Assembly (NCBI GenBank): GCA_963736875.1
Contig: CAVTQH010000002.1
Span: 199,927 to 263,926, forward strand
Length of the DNA stretch: 64,000 bases
Source: Candidatus Amesbacteria bacterium
GTDB lineage: Bacteria; Patescibacteriota; Microgenomatia; CAZETR01; Amesbacteraceae
Reading direction: 5' to 3'
Shown here: piece after piece, positions 60,501-64,000 of the stretch
Numbering within the stretch: the first letter of the stretch is position 1
Layout of the letters: every line of letters starts with the position of its first letter
Notes under the pieces: model-generated
The model's database searches: none
The model's input: only the letters and a program-made list of their open reading frames with translations
What the model was told of the DNA's origin: nothing
Position numbers and translations under genes: made by a program

Positions 60501-60829
60501 TAGAAAACAGAACGATTACAACACCTCCCATGGAATTGAACCAGATGGAGTTGCCAACTACCAGATTCGGCTCCATCGGCAGTTCCCTGTTTAACGTGGA
60601 TATGATACAAACCGATTTGAAAAGTGTCAGCGGCGGCGGAGGTAATTTCGGGGGAATCAGCGGAGCCGGGGTACTTTCTAACCCGAGTGCAAGTTTTGGC
60701 GTCAGTGGCGGCGGTATGGGACTGGGAAGTTTGGTGTCAGGCCTGCCCCTGTTTCTGATAGCTAATGCCCTGCTTCTCGCATTTGGTCTGGGATTCTATA
60801 TTGTCAGGCTGCTGCGCCACAGGAAGTAA
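57560..60829 (+). CDS. Polytopic membrane protein with N-terminal NusA-NTD-like domain and VIT domain (TIGR02921-like body)
   Basis: N-terminal ...ITPPKFGEKAAAVARQVMIEILAQAE, about 8 TMs, VIT motifs (QQEVLYEFTLPRGAVMTGLKLG, RDPALLE..GPRQYRLRVFP), and a C-terminal TM plus basic tail. Confidence 0.8.
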   Translation: MKSEYSALAELLIAKGVSDTETVSRIKDAVLEKFRDEYPKSPADAAVLVNEKSGDVMIFSGNENITPPKFGEKAAAVARQVMIEILAQAEGSGKGKAKPVTGSQVPGPWTSILANLFFWGYNIYFALFNLGLVFSFFTPGSLTAFIDNLKNLGIFKLFFALILIATPLASMYLTLRRKLYTAPGRLLRLFFLFELPVVFACLLPLAMLGQTTPFSILFSLAVLALPGIIYLYTADIKFSGIWLKAVFFIQEFVFIIAAYLGLLLAFVVPVILGGAAKSLFDFGHYSYGYGYSVFQPEMVIGFFLSMGLNTIIMLLITGVLSLPYLILMFLGRAVNKTRAVLTEVLGKEQLFTLEAVFAVIILTLGAISAYQPTGSKLLDPLRNISTSTTFEAKEQIAKDLTPQEKKLKTLVANISRARSRYLTTKDDKTIQRAYEDVFDMNDTLAGAVNSMFLTAAYPLVYQGESRDSYQLGQNFYYIFGYSPFESTAKTKTSIAPVPASANNVLLNYRKVTVTPDSGGLTAKIAIEEEYTNSTSQQQEVLYEFTLPRGAVMTGLKLGPDLEFEGIIAPKGAAQKTYEQQLQVRRDPALLEETGPRQYRLRVFPVPAKNDYATLKGRRQKVRFEYAAAATPEGFPLPEITRKTNVYTTGASQIMLVTDQGNKPLSEKDTYIPLTTLAKADFCQGTGAAAGTMTDLLANQQDFKSVVCADPGGLLGSISGLKIAVFYDVSAENRTKNQEAQLKILGESKKFLTNNKVDLYKYSDLPGQAVGLTADNFAEESKVTYFGKSNALAALNTFSQKYDLVLILTGNAAFAQTEILPFAYPTQVYLVHPQLPPAYTMKLASKLLQTGGDATGSLSEALKLYVLNRAMESKYAKGGYLVNDYVGATFPVQGTDSLLGVDKNGGAAAALVNKGIYRTSLTGKLGDISGDVSILDKLHAFAREAQIVTVYSSLISLVNAQQLQTLEQLQQQYNRYEDRTLIENRTITTPPMELNQMELPTTRFGSIGSSLFNVDMIQTDLKSVSGGGGNFGGISGAGVLSNPSASFGVSGGGMGLGSLVSGLPLFLIANALLLAFGLGFYIVRLLRHRK

Positions 60830-60836
60830 ACTATTA

Positions 60837-61271
60837 ATGGAAAAAAGGGGAGTACTCACCAAAATATTGACGGTTACCGGAGCTTTTCTGGTATGGTTTC
60901 CGGTTCTGGCACCGTTTATTTTCTCTGCCGGCTCGCTTATGGGAGACGGCATATTTAGGTTTGACTTCCTTATGCCCGCCGAACTTTTTCCTCTGATACT
61001 TATCGGCGGCGGATTACTTTTCTGGGCATCCCGGCGGGCAGGTTCACAGCAGAAGTTCATCGGTTGGAGTCTGGTTCTGACCGTGGTTTTTCTGGTCAGT
61101 TGCCAGGGGTTAGCTATGATAACGGGGTTAGCGTCAGGTGAAACCGAACCCGTGGGACTTCCCTTAATAGCCGTTACTTATTTGCTGGCTGGTTATATTC
61201 TGGGGGCGGTGGCAGTGGGGGTGGGGGGATTACTTCTGCTTCGTGATCTGTTTATATTCTCACGAAGATAG
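60837..61271 (+). CDS. Hypothetical 4-TM membrane protein
   Basis: Hydrophobic with FDFLMPAELF motif; starts 7 nt after the upstream stop. Confidence 0.75.
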   Translation: MEKRGVLTKILTVTGAFLVWFPVLAPFIFSAGSLMGDGIFRFDFLMPAELFPLILIGGGLLFWASRRAGSQQKFIGWSLVLTVVFLVSCQGLAMITGLASGETEPVGLPLIAVTYLLAGYILGAVAVGVGGLLLLRDLFIFSRR

Positions 61272-61367
61272 AATAACTGACCATACAGGCATTCCAGTAA
61301 ATAGTATCGCAGCTGGATCCAGGCAACGACCAGGTAGTCGAGAAACGCATTTGCGAATGCCGAATGG

Positions 61368-62549
61368 TCACTTCTTTAATACGGATTTATAGTGCAAGGC
61401 CAAAGCTCCCAGGCCTGTCCACAAAACTACCAGTGAGATGAAAAATCCCAAGAACGGAATCATTTTAAGTAAATAAATCGCTGTCATTCCCGCGGCGAAA
61501 ACTGCATAAACCGAAGGTTTTTTCCATCCGGATTTTTCTGACAGCCAGATACCCAAAGATAAACCCGCCACAATTTTAGCCAGATACATATTTATCAGAA
61601 ATACCAGAATTACCAAACCGGCCAGAGGTATTCCTACTATGGTAAGCGCCAGAATTATCAGTGCCGGAATAATAGCTATGCAAATCAAAAATCCTGTTCC
61701 CAGACTGGTCCAAAATGAATTGGTTACCCGTTTTGCCGACTCGGAAAATGTTTTATTAAACAGTTTAAGGCAAATAAGTCCGACAATCAGCACCCCGATC
61801 AGGGAGAAAATATTTGCCGCCAGTCTGAACGTCGCAAAAGCTTTCGGCAAATCTTTCCTGGCAAGTTCCAAATTATTCTTACCGGTGAACTTATTCTCAG
61901 TCTTATTAATCGTTCCTCCGATAGTTGCCGAATCCGAGATATTGATTTCTGTTGTCCTGTCCCCCAAAGCGTAGTATAAATCTTTGGCGATTTTTGCATT
62001 CGGACCGATCGAAATGTTTCCGGCTCCGATGCGGACTTCACCGCCCACTGCCGAGTTGACGTCCGCGTTTCCCGCGCCCGCAAAAATATTCCTTTTGACC
62101 GGGGAATTAATCGTGATGCTTCCGGTTCCCGCCAGTATCGAACCGCTGATTGATGAATCCGCGTCAATACTGACATTTCCCGCTCCCACCAGAAGCGAGT
62201 CGCCGATTATTGCATTACTTACAATCACATTCCCGGCTCCGACATAAGCATTCTGGCTTACCCGCCCGCTCAAATACACAATTCCGCCGCCCGCGTGCAG
62301 GGACCCGTTGATGATGCCGTTGATGCGGATGGTTTCTGCCCCCGCGTACACATCACCATTTACCGTTCCGAATATTTCCACCGTTTGCGCGGCAACCAAC
62401 AGATCATCATTGATTATTTCACCCTTGGCAATTGTTACCACTCCCTTTTCCACGGAAATTACTTTAGCCGCGGCTTCGGTCACGGGAAACGTTAGCAATG
62501 CCAAACCAAAAACCAGTAAAGCCGGTAAGAACTTACTGATAAATTTCAC
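61368..62549 (-). CDS. Bactofilin-like (polymer-forming) beta-helix protein with C-terminal TMs
   Basis: Signal peptide, repeated I.G.V.GD...AG units and a TM bundle. Confidence 0.8.
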   Translation of the reverse strand: MKFISKFLPALLVFGLALLTFPVTEAAAKVISVEKGVVTIAKGEIINDDLLVAAQTVEIFGTVNGDVYAGAETIRINGIINGSLHAGGGIVYLSGRVSQNAYVGAGNVIVSNAIIGDSLLVGAGNVSIDADSSISGSILAGTGSITINSPVKRNIFAGAGNADVNSAVGGEVRIGAGNISIGPNAKIAKDLYYALGDRTTEINISDSATIGGTINKTENKFTGKNNLELARKDLPKAFATFRLAANIFSLIGVLIVGLICLKLFNKTFSESAKRVTNSFWTSLGTGFLICIAIIPALIILALTIVGIPLAGLVILVFLINMYLAKIVAGLSLGIWLSEKSGWKKPSVYAVFAAGMTAIYLLKMIPFLGFFISLVVLWTGLGALALHYKSVLKK

Positions 62550-62708
62550 AGTATCATTATATATCCCAATTCAATTAATTAATATAAAAGTCTTGAAGTA
62601 GCAGTACTCTATCTATTGCCCAGTGCTTAGTCCCTTGTGCCTTTCCCTATTTCCCTCCCAAACTCATGCCCGTATTTTACTCCCTTTTGTCATGAAGAAC
62701 GATACCGG

Positions 62709-62975
62709 CTATACAGCAGGACTGATCCGGAGCTTGTGCTCGATTTTTACTGTTCTCTCTGCCAAATCATTTACTTTGCTATTAACACCCGAAAGAATAG
62801 TCTGTTCCTCCCTGATGACTTTCAACTCTCCCATGACTTCATCCATTTTCCCGTAAAATTCCTCTTTGTTCGGGAGATGTTTGATATCATCTTTGGTAAC
62901 AAATTTCCGGTTTTCGTCGAGGGTGGTTTCTACCAGACTTTTGATATTAGTTAAATCCTTTTTGGTTAACGGCAT
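62709..62975 (-). CDS. Hypothetical coiled-coil protein
   Basis: LTKKDL..IK...LP.KEEFY.KMD.VMGELK..REEQ pattern. Confidence 0.7.
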   Translation of the reverse strand: MPLTKKDLTNIKSLVETTLDENRKFVTKDDIKHLPNKEEFYGKMDEVMGELKVIREEQTILSGVNSKVNDLAERTVKIEHKLRISPAV

Positions 62976-63029
62976 GAAGTTATTAAACGTCACAAAACAT
63001 GGGGTGTCAATAAGACAGACGGATAATTA

Positions 63030-63139
63030 TGCAATGCAGGCAGGATAATAAATCCGCGCGCAATCAGGCACATGCCCCGACAGTTGCGCGTGAGCACGGA
63101 TTTATGCCTGCCGAATTGCAGTATCCTGCCATCCCGAAT
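63030..63139 (+). repeat. Dispersed repeat, full nested-palindrome copy
   Basis: Nested pairs TGCAAT/ATTGCA, GCAGGCA/TGCCTGC, TAAATCCG/CGGATTTA and CGCGCAA/TTGCGCG. Confidence 0.75.
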
Positions 63140-63165
63140 GCACTACCAGTGTATAATTTCAGCAA

Positions 63166-63927
63166 ATGAGCAGCTACTACAATCCCCAAAGGACCAAAAA
63201 TTTGTACGATCCCGAAACCAAAGAAAGGTTTCGTTTAAGCCGGTCAAAAATTGATCTTTATATCAATTGTCCCCGCTGTTTTTATCTGGACCGGAAACTC
63301 GGGGTGGCCCAGCCGCCGGGTTATCCGTTTTCTTTAAACTCCGCGGTGGACAAGCTTCTCAAAAAAGAATTTGATATCCACCGGGCTCACGGCACTACCC
63401 ACCCCCTGATGAAAACTTATGGCATAGACGCGATCCCCCTGGCCCACGAAAAAATCAACGAGTGGCGGGATTCATTAAGAGGGGGAATTACCGTAAATAT
63501 CAAAGGAACAAATGTGGTGGTGACCGGGGGAGTGGATGATGTCTGGGTTACTCCGTCCGGGGAATATCTGATAGTGGACTACAAAGCCACTTCCAAAGAG
63601 GAGGAAGTTACTCTGGATGCCGACTGGCAGATAGGATACAAGCGCCAGATGGAAATATACCAGTGGCTTTTCCGGCAAAATGGTTTCCGGGTGTCAACGA
63701 CCGGAATATTTGTCTACTGCAACGGCAACACCGATAAGGAAGCCTTTGACGGCAGGCTGGAGTTTGATATCAAGATTATTCCGTACGAAGGTGACGATTC
63801 CTGGGTGGAAAACACCATTAAAGATGCCATTACCTGTTTAAAGCAGGACAAACTGCCCGATCCGGGTCCCGATTGCGACTTCTGCAAATACCGGGAAGCA
63901 GCCTCAAAAGTCGAGGGTAATACCTGA
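63166..63927 (+). CDS. PD-(D/E)xK nuclease (RecB/Cas4-like, Cys cluster)
   Basis: LSRSK....CPRCF, GGVDD...VDYKAT, QMEIY and C-terminal CDFC motifs. Confidence 0.85.
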   Translation: MSSYYNPQRTKNLYDPETKERFRLSRSKIDLYINCPRCFYLDRKLGVAQPPGYPFSLNSAVDKLLKKEFDIHRAHGTTHPLMKTYGIDAIPLAHEKINEWRDSLRGGITVNIKGTNVVVTGGVDDVWVTPSGEYLIVDYKATSKEEEVTLDADWQIGYKRQMEIYQWLFRQNGFRVSTTGIFVYCNGNTDKEAFDGRLEFDIKIIPYEGDDSWVENTIKDAITCLKQDKLPDPGPDCDFCKYREAASKVEGNT

Positions 63928-64000
63928 TATTCTGGTAAAAAACAGTATTTAATGGTAAAATGAGACAGGTACTGCTTGATATCGAGTTTGATACTTTGAT

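Noticed and set aside
63166-63927. Cas4-like nuclease as evidence of CRISPR-Cas
   Set aside because: No cas1/cas2 or repeat-spacer array is seen. The nearby repeat is dispersed, not regularly spaced.
1-64000. Alternative genetic code (UGA=Gly, as in Gracilibacteria/SR1)
   Set aside because: Conserved genes such as recJ and eno end at TGA at the expected positions and have no internal TGA.

Overview
A 64 kb stretch of a bacterial chromosome in genetic code 11 (TGA is used as stop). Gene content suggests a Patescibacteria/CPR genome, probably Microgenomates (OP11); this is inferred from the archaeal-type non-discriminating AspRS, compact RNase P RNA, DUF3048/DUF4446/DUF5679 and many CPR-like orphans. 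Bases 1-19.5 kb are housekeeping: miaA, rnpB, secDF, cca, recJ, rel, aspS, a DD-carboxypeptidase and gltX. Bases 19.5-45 kb hold three P-type ATPases (CsoR-regulated CopA, MgtA, a Ca2+-type pump), AmmeMemoRadiSam A/B genes, mltG, bcp and eno. A visibly AT-rich defence-like island at ~49.55-55.44 kb carries an OLD-type ATPase/nuclease, SRA-like-HNH, EVE/PUA-like-PD-(D/E)xK, MazG-like and NERD genes. Surface-protein genes follow. Top leads: (1) a NusA N-terminal-like domain fused to a polytopic membrane protein with a VIT domain; (2) a co-oriented MazG + two reader-nuclease trio, possibly targeting modified DNA; (3) a very divergent CCA/poly(A)-polymerase-like orphan; (4) a dispersed palindromic repeat, half of which marks the island edge; (5) pervasive leaderless-type promoters. 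Many genes, including essential gltX, carry small frameshifts, so sequencing or assembly error is likely and pseudogene calls are unreliable. All family assignments come from recognising motifs by eye; no searches were run. No tRNA, rRNA, CRISPR array or transposase was recognised.
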